A stretch of DNA of 64,000 nucleotides from assembly GCF_964355755.1 (NCBI RefSeq), contig NC_092674.1, forward strand, positions 2,170,001-2,234,000, in the 5' to 3' direction. The position numbers and the translations under genes are program-made. Origin of the DNA: Antedon mediterranea (Eukaryota; Animalia; Echinodermata). Shown here in pieces: positions 26,378 to 41,711 of this stretch; the stretch's first letter is position 1; each line of letters starts with the position of its first letter. The notes beneath the pieces are model-generated. The model was not told where the DNA came from. It saw only the letters and a program-made list of their open reading frames with translations, and searched no databases.

Positions 26378-29300
26378 ATGGTTTCTCATATCAAACTAGA
26401 GAACCAACAAAAATATAAAAACCATGCATGTTTGTCATGCATCACTGGGTTGTATGGGTGTCGATGGAAACGCTATCGGCAGTCCACTGAACCAACAACA
26501 ATGGTAAGTAAGAAAATCATGTTTCATATTTAACATAATATAACAACATTAGTAGATGGTCTACATGCAAATATAATTAATAATATAGTTCTTATATAGC
26601 GCTTATTGCACAATGCTTCTAAGTGCTTCACATTATTACCCCGGTTATTTATTAGATCAATCACACATAGAAACATACTCCCATAATGCAGCTAATAATA
26701 AGGATGGAGGTAATTACTTCCATGTAATAAGCTAGTAATCAGCGCAATGTTGTGTCTTGATCTAACCGGTACCCATTTATACACCTGGGTGAGAGAGGCA
26801 AACGTAAGTGTCTTTCCTACAGGTAAAGCTCTGTCTACACTATCAAACTAGTTTGACAAAAAAAGTATGTTGTGCCCAAATATGGTAGTGATATGCTTAA
26901 ATATGGTTGATATGACATAATGTCCATTTATGGGCAATCACCTTTTTTGTCACATAAAGTTTAATAGTGTAGACAGAGCTTTAGGATACAGGCAACGCTT
27001 AGTGTTATAAGTATCAATCCCATCTCATATTTCAAGTCAGCACAATACGTGATGTACACATTATATCTACTATTGTAGTAATCTTTATTGTGTCTATACC
27101 ATATGCCACCAATTTGTTGATGATGATGAGAAAGAAGTGTTTTATTACGATGTACTAAATGTCAGTCAAAAAACATGTTGAAAGAGTTAATTAACATTGA
27201 TTGTTGAAATTAAGTTAGTAGTGTTATTATGATTTATAGTTTAACATGAAAACAGTATGTTTTATCCATCAGTACTAAAAGGATGGATTAAACATGTCAT
27301 CATTATTATCTAAATTAATTACAAAAAATACTGAAATTTAAAAATACTGTATTTACTAATTTTAAAAATATATATCTAATTTAAACTTCTTTAAATTTAA
27401 ATTAATTATAAAAAAATACTGAAATTTAAAAATATTTACTAATTTTACAAATATCGAATTTTAACTTAATATCCTAATATCCTTTTTTGTTTGTTTTTAG
27501 GTGGAAGTGGCGTTCTTTATTATCTTAATTATAGCATTTATGTTGATGGCTATATTATTCTATTTTTGGTTTGTAGCTGGCAATGACGCAAATGATATCA
27601 ATTGGTAACGTATACATATTAAATTAATGAAATCAATTAATACAGTACTAGTAATAGTTTAATGATAATGACAGTGAAATCTGTGCCTTGATAAATTGAC
27701 AAAAAAAAGCAAAACAGATTATTTAAATCCAATTGGGTAAGCTACTGATGCCATCAATGGTAAATATACGCATAAACAGACAATATAAAGACATAATAGA
27801 AAATTACAATTAAGTGCAATTTTAATATCAATTGGGAGGGCAGAAAATTGGTTAATATTGACGAGAGAGGGAGAATGGGGAACACTGTCACCCCTTACAT
27901 CTCATAATCAATCTGCAATGATTGAAGTTTGAAAATAAAACCACTTCACCCAGTAAACAATAATGATAAAATCTATTTCTAGACTTATTTTGACCACCAT
28001 CCACATTTATAAATGAAATATATGTATTATTTGTGGAAAATATGAACAATCAATGATTATTAATTATTAAATTAAACTTTTCTAGGTATTTGTGGACAGA
28101 TTTGCATAGTTGGTTTAACTGGTACTTGCTTCTCTTCACCTTGACAACTCTTGTATTTTCTTATATTTCTTTCTTAATAGTAAGTTTTTTTGTTTGTTTT
28201 TGTTCATAAAAATTTTGTGTAAAGCTCTGTCCACACTATCAAACTAGTTTGACAACAAAAGTGTGATGTGACAAATATGGTAGTGATATGGTCAAATATG
28301 GTAGTGATATGGTCAAATATGGTAGTGATATATGGTCAAATATGGTAGTGATATAACATCATCATGTCCATATATGGGCACATCACATTTTTTGGCACAT
28401 AAATTTGATAGTGTGGACAAGGCTTTACTGTAGTACATAAACAATACCATTGTATATAAATTGAAGGCATAATACTGCGTTATGTAAAAGCTTTTAAACT
28501 TTTAAAACATGTTATTTCAGATTTTTGGAATATTTCATATTTTTCTTGGACAACAAGTTCATTTACATGTGATTCACAAGATCTTGGTCATAGCCACCAT
28601 AGTGGGCGCTGTTGCTGCAATTATCATTATCACAACAATTTGGCAGGATGAATGGCAACTACTATATAAATCATTACAGGTAAATCGATACTGTCAAAGG
28701 TCAATGCTGGGTCACCTCATTTTATAAGGTCACCTGGGGTAAATGTCAACCATACTATAAGGAAACTTGTGGTATATGGTCACCTACAGTAAAAGTCACC
28801 CATGCTATAAGATCTGGGTATGTGGTCACCTTGTTAAAAAGTCACTTGTGATATAAGGTCACCATGGTAAAAGGTCACTCATGACATAAGGTCATCCATG
28901 GTAATCTAGGGTGCTTGTACTATAGGTTAGGGCAAACCAAAACTACCAAAGCACATTTAGTTTGTTGTACCTAATTAAAACACTATAATGATTTTTAATG
29001 ATAACATTTTTTTGTGTAGATATCAGCACCAATACTTCAACTTGTTACTGTGGTTCTGCTTACACTTCTCACATGGCCTTTTGCTAAGTTATTCTTTAAA
29101 TCATCCCCAGGTAATTTACATTTCTCCTAACAAGCAATATAATTTATAATTAATGATAATAATCAATAATGATGGAGATCCTGAGATGATCTGATACTAG
29201 TGGTTTTTTTTTATGTCTGCCTTTTTTATTTAAACTTATTTATGCAATTGGTTTTGTAACTATAGACGTCCGTTTCCGAAATAAAAGTAAAATGAAGAAA

Positions 29301-32300
29301 TAATCAAACATAACTTTGTTGTTTTTCTCAGGTTTTCAAATTCTACAGCTTACCATATACCTTGTTGTGCTGATATTTATATACCTTAGCCCGCTCTTGA
29401 TTCACAATCCTTGCTTTATATCGTCGGATGAGCTACCGATTAGGCCACGCATCTTGGCGCATAGAGGCCTTCAACAGGTACTTATTTTAAATACTTATCC
29501 ATATTTTGACTACATTCTGTATTAATAATTAATATGTCTTAGTTTACTTGATTACTAAAGCCTTGATCACACTGGACTTAATTTTGTCAAATTTGAACAG
29601 AGTTGCTGCCTTATTTCCAGTGCGAACAAGGCTTAAGCCAAGAAATTCAATTATTATATCAGTATAAAGTGTTTGTTGCATTGTCATATTTATCTATTTT
29701 GTAGCTAGCACCTGAAAACACTAGGGTAGCTTTTGAACAGGCGCTGAAATATAATGTATTTGGTTTGGAAAGTGACGTGTCAATAAGGTAAGTAATTGTA
29801 CACTAGTATTCCCTAAGTTACTGAAAAAAGTGTAATGTATTAAAAAACGCTATTTTCTGACCGATTTTTTATAAATGAGTTTTTGGAAAGTTTTTCCTTA
29901 TTTTCCCTGTTTTTTTTAATGTAATCACTTTCAATTAAACATACTTAAACATAATATAAGCTGAGAAAGTCTGAGTGGAGGTCCACTTTAAGCTGCCTTA
30001 CAGGTATTTGTTCATGTACAATTACAATATGAGAGTTGTATACTTATGTAGAACCACCTAAAGAGGACACCTTAAGGGCCCATCAAAGTGTCCCCTGAAT
30101 AAGGGTGTCCCTTAAATAGGGGTTGGTCATAGTTTTAAAACATATTTCCCTTTATTTGTTTACACAGCAAAGTGTCCCCTTGATGGAGGTGTGACAACTG
30201 TGTAATTCTGGTACTACTCCTTTGTTTCTAAATATAACATAACTTGTATTAATTAATATACAGTTTAATAACAATAAATATGTTACATTATTAATGATCA
30301 TTTCATTTCTTAGTTGGGATGGTGTACCATTCCTGATGCATGATTCCAATCTTGCAAGGACAACAAATGTAAAAGAGATGTTTCCCAGTCGAGAATGGGA
30401 ACTTGCAAGCACCTTTAACATCTCGGATCTTAAAGAACTAGATGCGGGATCCTGGTTTATTGAGGTAAAACCAACTCATAAACATTCATTTCTTGATTAT
30501 TAATAGTAGGATGTAGACATTTCCATATTTTCCCTGTTTTTTATTTATGTAATCACTTTCAATACAGTATATAGTAGTAAATACAATGTGCAATACTTTA
30601 ACATAAATTATGTTTTGGTTTCAGCGTGATCCTTTCCGTACAGTAAAATCAATTCCCGACGATATCAAAAACACGTTTCCGAACCAGAAGATTCTGAAGT
30701 ATGAGGAGTTATTAAACATAGCAATGATGAATAACAAAAGTGTTCTGTTTGACATTCGTCAGCCGCCGTCATATCATCCATACTATTCAACATGGTTAGA
30801 ACTTGTTGTTAATACGACGCTTAAGTCTGGTATTAAACAAGATCAGGTTAGAAAGTTTTGTATTTTACTATAGAACCTCTATTAAGGGGACACCTTCTGG
30901 ACCCAACAAAGTGTCCTCTATTAGAGGTGTCCCTTGAATAGGGGTGTCCCCTTAAAAGGGGTGTCCCCTTAATAGAGGTGTCCCCTGAATAGGGGTGTCC
31001 CCTGAATAGAGGTGTCCCCTGAATAGGAGTGTCCCCTTAATAGAGGTGTCCCTTCAATAGGGGTGTCCCCTTAATAGAGGTGTCCCTTCAATAGGGGTGT
31101 CCCCTTAATAGAGGTGTCCCCTGAATAGAGGTGTCCCTTGAATACAGGTTGTCCCTGAATAGAGGTTTGCCATAGTGTTACAGCATATGTTTCCCTGTTT
31201 CATGAGAAAGTTTTTAGGGGTGTGTGCGAATTGAGTGGTTATACAGTACTGTATTTTTGTTGTTTTATATGTATTTCCATTCTCTACTTCTTTACATCAT
31301 CCTATCTTGAATATTAGGTATGGTGGTTACCGGAAACAAATAGATCTTGGGTTGAAGAACAGGCGCCAGGTTTTATACAGACACTTGAGGGCGCTAAATA
31401 CAGCATTGAAGTAATGCAAGAAAAGAATCTGAGTCAAGTCAATGCTGCATTTTATGAAATAGAAGATGAACAAATAAGGTAGTTTGAAATAATTGTTAAA
31501 ATAATTGTTTGTTACAGATGTTAATTTTCAATCAGCATCAATTTATAACTAAGGATATGTACAAATATGTCATCAAATAGTTATGGAAAAAGAAAGCCTC
31601 ATGTCTCAATGTTACGCCAGTGATAATAAGGTTGATCATAACACAATTTAATTATTGATATTTTTAAGGTCTTTCAAGAATGCGAGTATAAATAGTTCAG
31701 TGTATGTAGTGAATAAGTGGTGGTTGTTCTCAGTGTATTGGTGTGTTGGTGCGCACTCAGTTACATCTGGTTCACCTCAACTACTACAGGATGTATCTTC
31801 ACCTGCTTGGTATCTAGTAAGTATGTTCTCAACATTTAAGACGGGACTCAATTTCTGTATTTACAATGATCTTATTTGTCCCTTGAGCGACTTTTCTTCA
31901 CAACTTGCCACACAAGTATACAGTTGTTGAGTGGAAAATTCATGAAATGAGAGCACACACAGAATGACAGTTAGACTCAATAGCTTCATATTGTACGTGC
32001 TGTGAAAAACAAAATGTTGCTATTATCTCATGTTATTGTTATGGTCATTGTGATCATTGTCATCATCAGTAATGCTCTGTCTACACTATCAAACTTTATG
32101 TGACAACAAATTGTGATGTACCCAAATATGGTAGGGATATGACATCTTCATGTCCATATATGGGCATATCACATTTTTTTGTCACATAAAGTTTAAAAGT
32201 GTAGACAGAGCTTTACAGCCCTTGACCTTTGTGAGCATTTAATCATGAGTTCTACCTTATTTTTGACAGGATCCATCAATCTACCTCATCATCTGGACTG

Positions 32301-33147
32301 TTGTAGATGGAGTCTCAATTCTCTGTGTTCTTATTATATTTGTTATTCAAAGGTAAAGTCATTCCTTTGCTGTTTGGGGTTTTACAACTATGCGGCTTTG
32401 CTTTCATTATGCTTTTCAATGCGCTGTTCACACAGGATGTAAAATTAGAAATGTACATACATAAAAGCTGAAAGTAATGTGTTATTTTCTATTATTTAAA
32501 AGTCGAAGAAAGTCAGGTCTCTGGTCCATTCTATTGTTGCCATAGATTGACTGGTCCTTACATCTATTTACTAATAAATTGCTGGGTATAGGTGCTGAAA
32601 TGCTGGCTGCCGTTGGTCCATTGGGCCTAATCAAAAACTAAAGATCCGGACCAATAGTAAATATGTTCTAAACTGTGCACTACTATTATTATTAGTAGTA
32701 GTATTATGCAGCTTGAGAGATGATGGTAGTTGGCTTCTCCTTTTGTAAGACATCTCTAAACATTTGCTGCAACAATTCTCTTTACCTTCTGTGTATCTGT
32801 AGTTGATCTTATTTCTGTGCTCAGAATCTTTTTCAAGAGTATCCCATTATGAATTTGTTAGTAATCTTTTTCTTTTTGTTTCGTTTTTAAGGTTGCAAAA
32901 TCCTAGTAGAATTGCAGACCAAGAGACTGTCTCTATCAACATGCAAAGAAAACGCTACAACAGCGGACGAACACCAGATGATGTTAACCCATTGTACGAC
33001 CTGCAAGGTAACTCAGCAGCTGCTAATGGTACCACAATACCAGCACCATTAGCAGCCACAGCCGCCGCCGATGGCGATCAGTCCATACTTGTGGAGAATC
33101 AGGTTGTAGAACAAGGGGCGTACAATGAGGTGAAATTACAGATGTAA
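26378..33147 (+). CDS. GDPD5: Multi-pass membrane glycerophosphodiester phosphodiesterase, GDE2/GDPD5-like (co-ortholog of GDPD2/4/5)
   Basis: Exons 26378-26503 (MVSH..CLSCITGLYGCRWKRY, matching the GDPD5 N-terminus), 27501-27604, 28086-28179, 28521-28679, 29020-29110, 29332-29477 (ILAHRG), 29705-29787 (APENT..GLESDV), 30314-30464 (DGVPFLMHD..LARTTN..AGSWF), 30625-30846, 31318-31478, 31669-31816 (VVNKWWLFSVYWC), 32270-32352 (TM helix), 32892-33147. All introns GT-AG and phase-consistent. Confidence 0.93.
26590..26815 (-). mobile_element. SINE remnant with L2/CR1-like tail, abutting a Tourist MITE
   Basis: Minus strand reads TGCCTCTCTCACCCAGGTGTATAAATGGGTACCGG (central motif recalled from invertebrate SINEs) and ends in AAGCGCTATATAA. 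Confidence 0.5.
30870..31170. repeat. 19-bp minisatellite (GTGTCCCCTGAATAGAG/GG), ~13 copies, inside a MITE-like element
   Basis: Starts TAGAACCTCTATTAAGGGGACACC, followed by tandem inverted copies of the same motif. Confidence 0.85.
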
Positions 33148-34652
33148 TCAGAAAATGGGAACACAATTATTGCTTTATGTTGTGATAGAAGGTGCTTTGA
33201 TAAATACCACCTTATTTCTGCTGCCAAAATTGCCAAATTAAAATTCAATTAAATGCCAAAAAAAAACACATTATTGCAGTTAATAAAAGCAGCTTTAAAA
33301 TTTATTTTTAGATTTTCTACCCTACATAACATGAGTGCCATGAACATTAAGTACCCACCATTTTTTAAATAAATATATACCTGCGGTCAGTTTGCCCTAC
33401 TTACTTCATAAAAAAAAAATTAATGATTTTCAAAATAACTTAAGAAAATATTTGTGCATATTTTTTTCATTAAATAAATGACTTATGGAAAAAGATTGAT
33501 AAATGCCATCCCTGATATATAATAGTAAATCTGTTTTTGCTTGGTTGCTTTGATACGCTTGACTACATTTGACATGCTTGGCTGCACTTGACACACTTGA
33601 CTGCCCTTGACACTTCCGCATAGATCAAGTGCTCTATGCAAGTACAGAACAATGAAAAAGGGTAGTTTTATAAGTTTATTAGCTTAAACAAATGTTTTCA
33701 CATCACCACAACAATATTATTCAATTTATTTAGATAAGATTAATTAGTATTTATTTTGTTATTGCAATTTAAATATCATATTATTGTTTCAGTTTGTGGT
33801 TAATTCATGTACCTTTAATTTTCTGCCTATTAATTTATTGGCCTTAAGAATATATAAATATACAAATTAGACAGGTATAGAAAAACTCCAAACAGGCCAG
33901 TGATATTACAGGGGCTGATCCAGGAACGTGGCAGAAATATCAAATAGTAGTCTATGGTTTTATTTTAGCTGTCTGAAGCGGGAGTGCACGTCCCTAGCGC
34001 TGATCCGCCTCTGTAATACTGAAAATGATTTAAGGTATAAGATATTACCAACATGTAAGGGTGTTAGTAAGAGCTGACTTAGACAGAGTGGTAAATAAGA
34101 CTAAGAGGTTCTTAAAACTCAAAACTGAAATTTCCTATAAATAATATAAGGAATTAAACTGAAATATGTATTTTATTATAATTAATTTTTCATGAAAATT
34201 AGAATAATTATTATTTTGATATTAATATTTATTATTTAAATATTATTTATTATTTATTTAACTTTTAAACAAAATATTTTCTTTTATCATAAATACTTAA
34301 GTCATTTTAATCAAACGGTATTTATAATTAACCTCATTTATAATGTATTCAGATGTATTTAATTGTTTGTATGTATATTTAGATTTGTTTTTAGAGAGAA
34401 TCGTATCAGGCTCAGCTCAGGGAGGTGATTGTTGGGAAGGGTGTTAATTCATTAGTTTCTCATTTCATATTATTTAAGGCAGAGTGTGTAGAAATATTTA
34501 TTTTAAATTTCAATCAAGAAATTAGAAATGATCAACACCAAAGCATATGAAATTGTGCCTCCTGTAGCAAGCAGTCTTGTACACTAAGTGTATGTACCAT
34601 TTCATACATTGAATACTCGCAGCATCTTAATAATAACAGCTAGAAAAATGAA

Positions 34653-34841
34653 TACTACCATATTTGGGCATATCACTACCATATTTGGGCATATCACTAC
34701 CATATTTGGGCATATCACTACCATATTTGGGCATATCACTACCATATTTGGGCATATCACTACCATATTTGGGCATATCACTACCATATTCGGACATATC
34801 ACTACCATATTTTGGTAGTTTGATAGTGTAGACAGAGCTTT
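34653..34841. repeat. 21-bp minisatellite (TATCACTACCATATTTGGGCA x8) expanded from the Tourist MITE core
   Basis: The unit is the internal motif of the MITE, and the array ends in the MITE right TIR. Confidence 0.92.
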
Positions 34842-36542
34842 AGTGAATTATCATTGTTGTATTGATATGTTATATCTCGTAGTTTCTTCAACATAGCGTT
34901 TAATCAAAAGTGAGAGTTTTAAATTTGCTGAATATTTAGAATAATATGCACAAAATGTGCCTTAGTTGTAATGTAACCTTATGTGTAAAATCCCACAAAG
35001 TTTTGTGGTAAATTCCCATCGTTTTGGACAAATTGTGTAAAAATATATCAATGTTGAATGTAATAAATAATGATGGAATCTACATACAATATAAATATTT
35101 TGAAATGTAATTATTTTATTTATCATTTTATTGGAAAGGTGTTTTTTTAAAGCAGTATAGCAAAAGAAAATTATGTTAAATTGTGATGTTTATAGGTTAG
35201 TTAAAGAAGAAAAAAATAGAAATTGTTAAGTACTCTAAACTGCTATCTACCTGCTGCTCTGTATATATTTTAAAATCCTCTTTATTTTATATACTATAGT
35301 GTTGCTGCAATGCAGCATTTGAAAAGATTTATTTTAATTTAGTTTTATGTGTAAAATTCATCCACATTTTGAACTTTGACCTGCAATTAGAGTATATCTG
35401 TACATTGTTTTTTATAGTCTACTTCACCGATGTACACAAAAAACAGACCTCATCACTAATATTGCTATTATTCTGATTGAAGCTCTGTCTACACTATCAA
35501 ACTCTATGTGACAAAAAAATGCGATGTGCCCATATATGGACATGATGATGTCATATCACTACCATATTTGGACATATCACTATCATATTTGGGCACATGA
35601 CATTTATTTTGTCAAACTAGTGTAGACAGAGCTTAATCTTTCATAATAGGCTCATTGATTGATTCCTTTAAATTGCCCAAACAACAATCACACTGTATTT
35701 TATTTTTTGACGTTTCTGTTATCTTTCATTTCTGATATACCATTGGCTGTTGTACATTGTCTTCTTCAAATTTGATACATTCCATGTTGCTATGCCGATG
35801 GTGTTATTGATGCTAAGCATCTATTATGCAATTTCACCATGTTATATTTGATTAATTTCAACTACTATACAGAGTATAAATTGGTATATATGTTTATACT
35901 GTATATATAATTAGTGGATTAAAACCAGTTTAATTGATACTTTTAAAGTGGATTGTACTTAAATAAGTTAAGAGATACTTATAAAGTAGATTGATGTATA
36001 GATAGATACCAAGTCAACTGATACTTATATTGTACTTATATATAATAGTATAAGGTTAGACTTATACAATTATAAGATTCAATAGTATGTACTTAAATAT
36101 ATTATAATATATTGAGATATTGTGCACATATAGAAACCTAATGTTATTTGGATAAATCCTACCGACAAATAGACACATCCTTATTATGCACATTCATATT
36201 ACTGGTCATATTATCATAGTGGTATTAGCAAAATGTGTACAGCACAAGTATTCTATTGTTCTTAGGTTTTTCAGACCAGCTTTGTGTCTCGTCTAAGTTT
36301 ATTTAACTTTAACCAAGTGTTAAATAGGATACTTTGTTTATATTATATTTAATATACCTAAATATTTACTAGCAGTTTAAAAGGTATTCCCGTTTCCTAA
36401 ATGTTTAAAGTTAATGTTGGATCTTTGTTTAAATATCACTAAAACAGAAATAATTTAGATTTATATATTTATGTGTTACTTAAAGATTCAAAGAAACGTG
36501 CATTGTTGTTATTGATGTGTTTTATTTGTTGTTTCTGTATAA

Positions 36543-36648
36543 AGAACATGGCCATATACATGGCTTTTCAGTCGCATGCGCAAATTTGAGTGTGGACCGA
36601 CCAACCGACATAGTGAGCTATAGAGTCGCGTTTGCACGCGACTAAAAA
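36543..36648 (-). mobile_element. Short Helentron-associated (HINE/DINE-1-like) element
   Basis: Minus strand: TTTTTAGTCGCGTGCAAACGCGACTCTATAG..CTATGTCGGTTGGTCGGTCC..GCGACT..3' hairpin GCCATGTATATGGC; same 5' end as 47542-48351. Confidence 0.7.
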
Positions 36649-37009
36649 TGTTTTATTTTATTAAAGTTAGAAAAAAAGTTTTTCATTCGTACGCATGGGA
36701 TAATCTAATACTGTACAAGTACTGCCATACGTGCGAATTATTTATATCGGATCCATTGTAAACCATTGTACGAGACGATGAGCTATATATCCAATACCAA
36801 ATTGGCGAGTAAATCATGTTTTACTTTAAATTAAATTTATACGCTCTTCCACAAGGTCAATTGTTAGTTATACATACAGACTATATTAAAACAATGATTT
36901 TGAACACGTAGGGCATTTCTTTGAATTCTTTCCTATTGTCGTTTTGTGGTAATTTACAGCTTTTTATATGTTTAACAAACGTACATAATCAATTGCGTCT
37001 GCATCATGC

Positions 37010-37135
37010 TAGACTACAACTTCCGGTAGTGACGTAATCAGCATATTTTTGGTAATAAAAAACTTTTTCACTAAGCTAGGGAATCTTCTGATATCAATAT
37101 TCATTAGACCGTACTTTAGTTAGCCAATCAAAATA
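37010..37135. promoter_or_regulatory. Promoter-like motif cluster inside the left end of the giant element
   Basis: GACTACAACTTCCGG (ZNF143/ETS-like), TGACGTAA (CRE-like) and AGCCAATCA (NF-Y); motif matches only. Confidence 0.35.
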
Positions 37136-39043
37136 AACGTATAAACAATTTTGCGGCGATGTTGTTGAGGTAAAATATACTGTGTTTTACAATAACCAAT
37201 TTGGTTAGAGTAAAACACAATGATAAAGAATAGGAACCATTTAATAATATGATAAATGTCATTAGGGCCTACATAGCAATTTATCACTGTGTTTTACTAT
37301 AACCAATTTGGTTAGAGTAAAACACAATGATATCGAATAGGCAACATTTAATAATATGATAAATGACATTTACATAGCAATTTAGCACTGTGTTTTACTA
37401 TAAACAATTTGGTTAAAGTAAAGCAGAATGATAAAGAATAGGAATTTAATAATATGATATATGACATTTACATAGCAATTTAGCACTGTGTTTTACTATA
37501 ACCAATTTGGTTAGAGTAAAACACAATGATAAAGAATAGGAAACATTTAATAATATGATATATGACATTCACATAGCAATTTAGCACTGTGTTTTACTAT
37601 AACCAATTTGGTTAGAGTAAAACACAATGATATAGAATAGGAAACATTTAATAATTTGATAAATGACATTTACATAGCAATTTAGCACTGTGTTTTACTA
37701 TAACCAATTTGGTTAAAGTAAAACACAATGATAAAGAATAGGAAACACTTAATAATATGATAAATGACATTTACATAGCAATTTAGCACTGTGTTTTACT
37801 ATAACCAACTTGGTTAAAGTAAAGCAGAATGATAAAGAATAGGAATTTAATAATATGATATATGACATTTACATAGCAATTTAGCACTGTGTTTTACTAT
37901 AACCAATTTGGTTAGAGTAAAACACAATGATAAAGAATAGGAAATATTTAATAATAATGATTATTTACATAGCAATTTAGCACTGTGTTTTACTATAACC
38001 AATTTGGTTATAGTAAAACACAATGATATAGAATAGGAAACATTTAATAATATGATAAATGACATTTACATAGCAATTTATCACTGTGTTTTACTATAAC
38101 CAATTTGGTTAGACTAAAACACAATGATAAAGAATAGGAAACATTTAATAATAATGATTATTTACATAGCAATTTAGCACTGTGTTTTACTATAACCAAT
38201 TTGGTTATAGTAAAACACAATGATAAAGAATAGGAAACATTTAATAATATGATATATGACATTCACATAGCAATTTAGCACTGTGTTTTACTATAACCAA
38301 TTTGGTTAGAGTAAAACACAATGATATAGAATAGGAAACATTTAATAATTTGATAAATGACATTTACATAGCAATTTAGCACTGTGTTTTACTATAACCA
38401 ATTTGGTTAAAGTAAAACACAATGATAAAGAATAGGAAACACTTAATAATATGATAAATCACATTTACATAGCAATTTAGCACTGTGTTTTACTATAACC
38501 AATTTGGTTAAAGTAAAGCAGAATGATAAAGAATAGGAATTTAATAATATGATATATGACATTTACATAGCAATTTAGCACTGTGTTTTACTATAACAAA
38601 TTTGGTTAGAGTAAAACACAATGATAAAGAATAGGAAATATTTAATAATAATGATTATTTACATAGCAATTTAGCACTGTGTTTTACTATAACCAATTTG
38701 GTTATAGTAAAACACAATGATATAGAATAGGAAACATTTAATAATATGATAAATGACATTTACATAGCAATTTATCACTGTGTTTTACTATAACCAATTT
38801 GGTTATGGTAAAGCACTATGATATAGAATAGGAAACATTTAATAATATGATAAATGACATTTACATAGCAATTTAGCACTGTGTTTTACTATAACCAATT
38901 TGGTTAGAGTAAAACACAATGACAAAGAATAGGAAACATTTAATAATAATGATTATTTACATAGCTAGCAATTTAGCACAATGTTTTACTATAACCAATT
39001 TGGTTATGGTAAAGCACTATGATATAGAATAGGAAACATTTAA

Positions 39044-39669
39044 AGACCCCTTCCCTGCAATTTTGGACGTTTTTTGGAAAATAATACATATATATCACTT
39101 TAAAAACATTAAACCATGTCATTCCTTGTCTTAAATGTACGTTTTATGGTAAATTATGATAAAACGTGAGAAACAATGCACTACCTAAGTAGCTCGCGGC
39201 GATCGACCTCTCGTGGACGGTCTTAGGCCTAGCCTGGCTAGGCTTAGTTTTGTAGGCCTAGCTGGTAAACATCGGTAACGTACGAACATCGTACTCTAGC
39301 TATATACCTAGCCTGACGTTGTATAGTTGCTGCATTAATTGTCTTTCTATTTTTGCCAGACTCCGTTGATACAAATTGGGGAAAACCCGGTATTTTCGCT
39401 GAAAAGTTAGGAGTCTTCCATTTGTTTTGGCCTCACGATCGATCGAAAAGTGGGCGAATTACAGATGAAAAACAAAAATATCAATCCGCGCGCAATGCAT
39501 TTTGGGATTTATAGCGGGCCGCTATAATTATTAAAATCGACTTATTTTTCACATTTTTAACCGTTTAAAGACGAAAAAAGTTATCGCAATAGGACCATAT
39601 AGTATTATTTTTACATTAAATATAGTTTGTGATCTTAAATTAGATCTAAAAAACGTAGGGAATGGGGCT
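39044..39669. mobile_element. 626-bp Kolobok-like element, copy 2, inserted in the satellite
   Basis: The monomer sequence GGAAACATTTAATAATATG is split with TTAA duplicated (39040-39043 and 39670-39673); neighbouring monomers show the empty site. Confidence 0.9.
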
Positions 39670-41711
39670 TTAATAATATGATAAATGACATTTACATAGC
39701 AATTTATCAATGTGTTTTACTATAACCAATTTGGTTAGAGTAAAACACAATGATAAAGAATAGGAAACATTTAATAATAATGATTATTTACATAGCAATT
39801 TAGCACTGTGTTTTATTATAACCAATTTGGTTATAGTAAAACACAATGATAAAGAATAGGAAACATTTAATAATATGATATATGACATTCACATAGCAAT
39901 TTAGCACTGTGTTTTACTATAACCAATTTGGTTAGAGTAAAACACAATGATATAGAATAGGAAACATTTAATAATTTGATAAATGACATTTACATAGCAA
40001 TTTAGCACTGTGTTTTACTATAACCAATTTGGTTAAAGTAAAACACAATGATAAAGAATAGGAAACACTTAATAATATGATAAATGACATTTACATAGCA
40101 ATTTAGCACTGTGTTTTACTATAACCAATTTGGTTAGAGTAAAACACAATGATATAGAATAGGAAACATTTAATAATTTGATAAATGACATTTACATAGC
40201 AATTTAGCACTGTGTTTTACTATAACCAATTTGGTTAAAGTAAAACACAATGATAAAGAATAGGAAACACTTAATAATATGATAAATGACATTTACATAG
40301 CAATTTAGCACTGTGTTTTACTATAACCAATTTGGTTAAAGTAAAGCAGAATGATAAAGAATAGGAATTTAATAATATGATATATGACATTTACATAGCA
40401 ATTTAGCACTGTGTTTTACTATAACCAATTTGGTTAAAGTAAAACACAATGATAAAGAATAGGAAAAACTTAATAATATGATAAATGACATTTACATAGC
40501 AATTTAGCACTGTGTTTTACTATAACCAACTTGGTTAAAGTAAAGCAGAATGATAAAGAATAGGAATTTAATAATATGATATATGACATTTACATAGCAA
40601 TTTAGCACTGTGTTTTACTATAACCAATTTGGTTAGAGTAAAACACAATGATAAAGAATAGGAAATATTTAATAATAATGATTATTTACATAGCAATTTA
40701 GCACTGTGTTTTACTATAACCAATTTGGTTATAGTAAAACACAATGATATAGAATAGGAAACATTTAATAATATGATAAATGACATTTACATAGCAATTT
40801 ATCAATGTGTTTTACTATAACCAATTTGGTTAGAGTAAAACACAATGATAAAGAATAGGAAACATTTAATAATAATGATTATTTACATAGCAATTTAGCA
40901 CTGTGTTTTACTATAACTAATTTGGTTATAGTAAAACACAATGATAAAGAATAGGAAACATTTAATAATATGATATATGACATTCACATAGCAATTTAGC
41001 ACTGTGTTTTACTATAACCAATTTGGTTAGAGTAAAACACAATGATATAGAATAGGAAACATTTAATAATTTGATAAATGACATTTACATAGCAATTTAG
41101 CACTGTGTTTTACTATAACCAATTTGGTTAAAGTAAAACACAATGATAAAGAATAGGAAACACTTAATAATATGATAAATGACATTTACATAGCAATTTA
41201 GCACTGTGTTTTACTATAACCAATTTGGTTAAAGTAAAGCAGAATGATAAAGAATAGGAATTTAATAATATGATATATGACATTTACATAGCAATTTAGC
41301 ACTGTGTTTTACTATAACCAATTTGGTTAGAGTAAAACACAATGATAAAGAATAGGAAATATTTAATAATACTATGATTATTTACATAGCAATTTAGCAC
41401 TGTGTTTTACTATAACCAATTTGGTTATAGTAAAACACAATGATATAGAATAGGAAACATTTAATAATATGATAAATGGCATTTACATAGCAATTTATCA
41501 CTGTGTTTTACTATAACCAATTTGGTTATGGTAAAGCACTATGATATAGAATAGGAAACATTTAATAATATGATAAATGACATTTACATAGCAATTTAGC
41601 ACTGTGTTTTACTATAACCAATTTGGTTAGAGTAAAACACAATGATATAGAATAGGAAACATTTAATAATTTGATAAATGACATTTACATAGCAATTTAG
41701 CACTGTGTTTT

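Noticed and set aside
35710-35820. Minus-strand peptide MLSINNTIGIATWNV resembling the start of a LINE endonuclease
   Set aside because: Only a 6-residue resemblance, and the frame closes after 33 codons.
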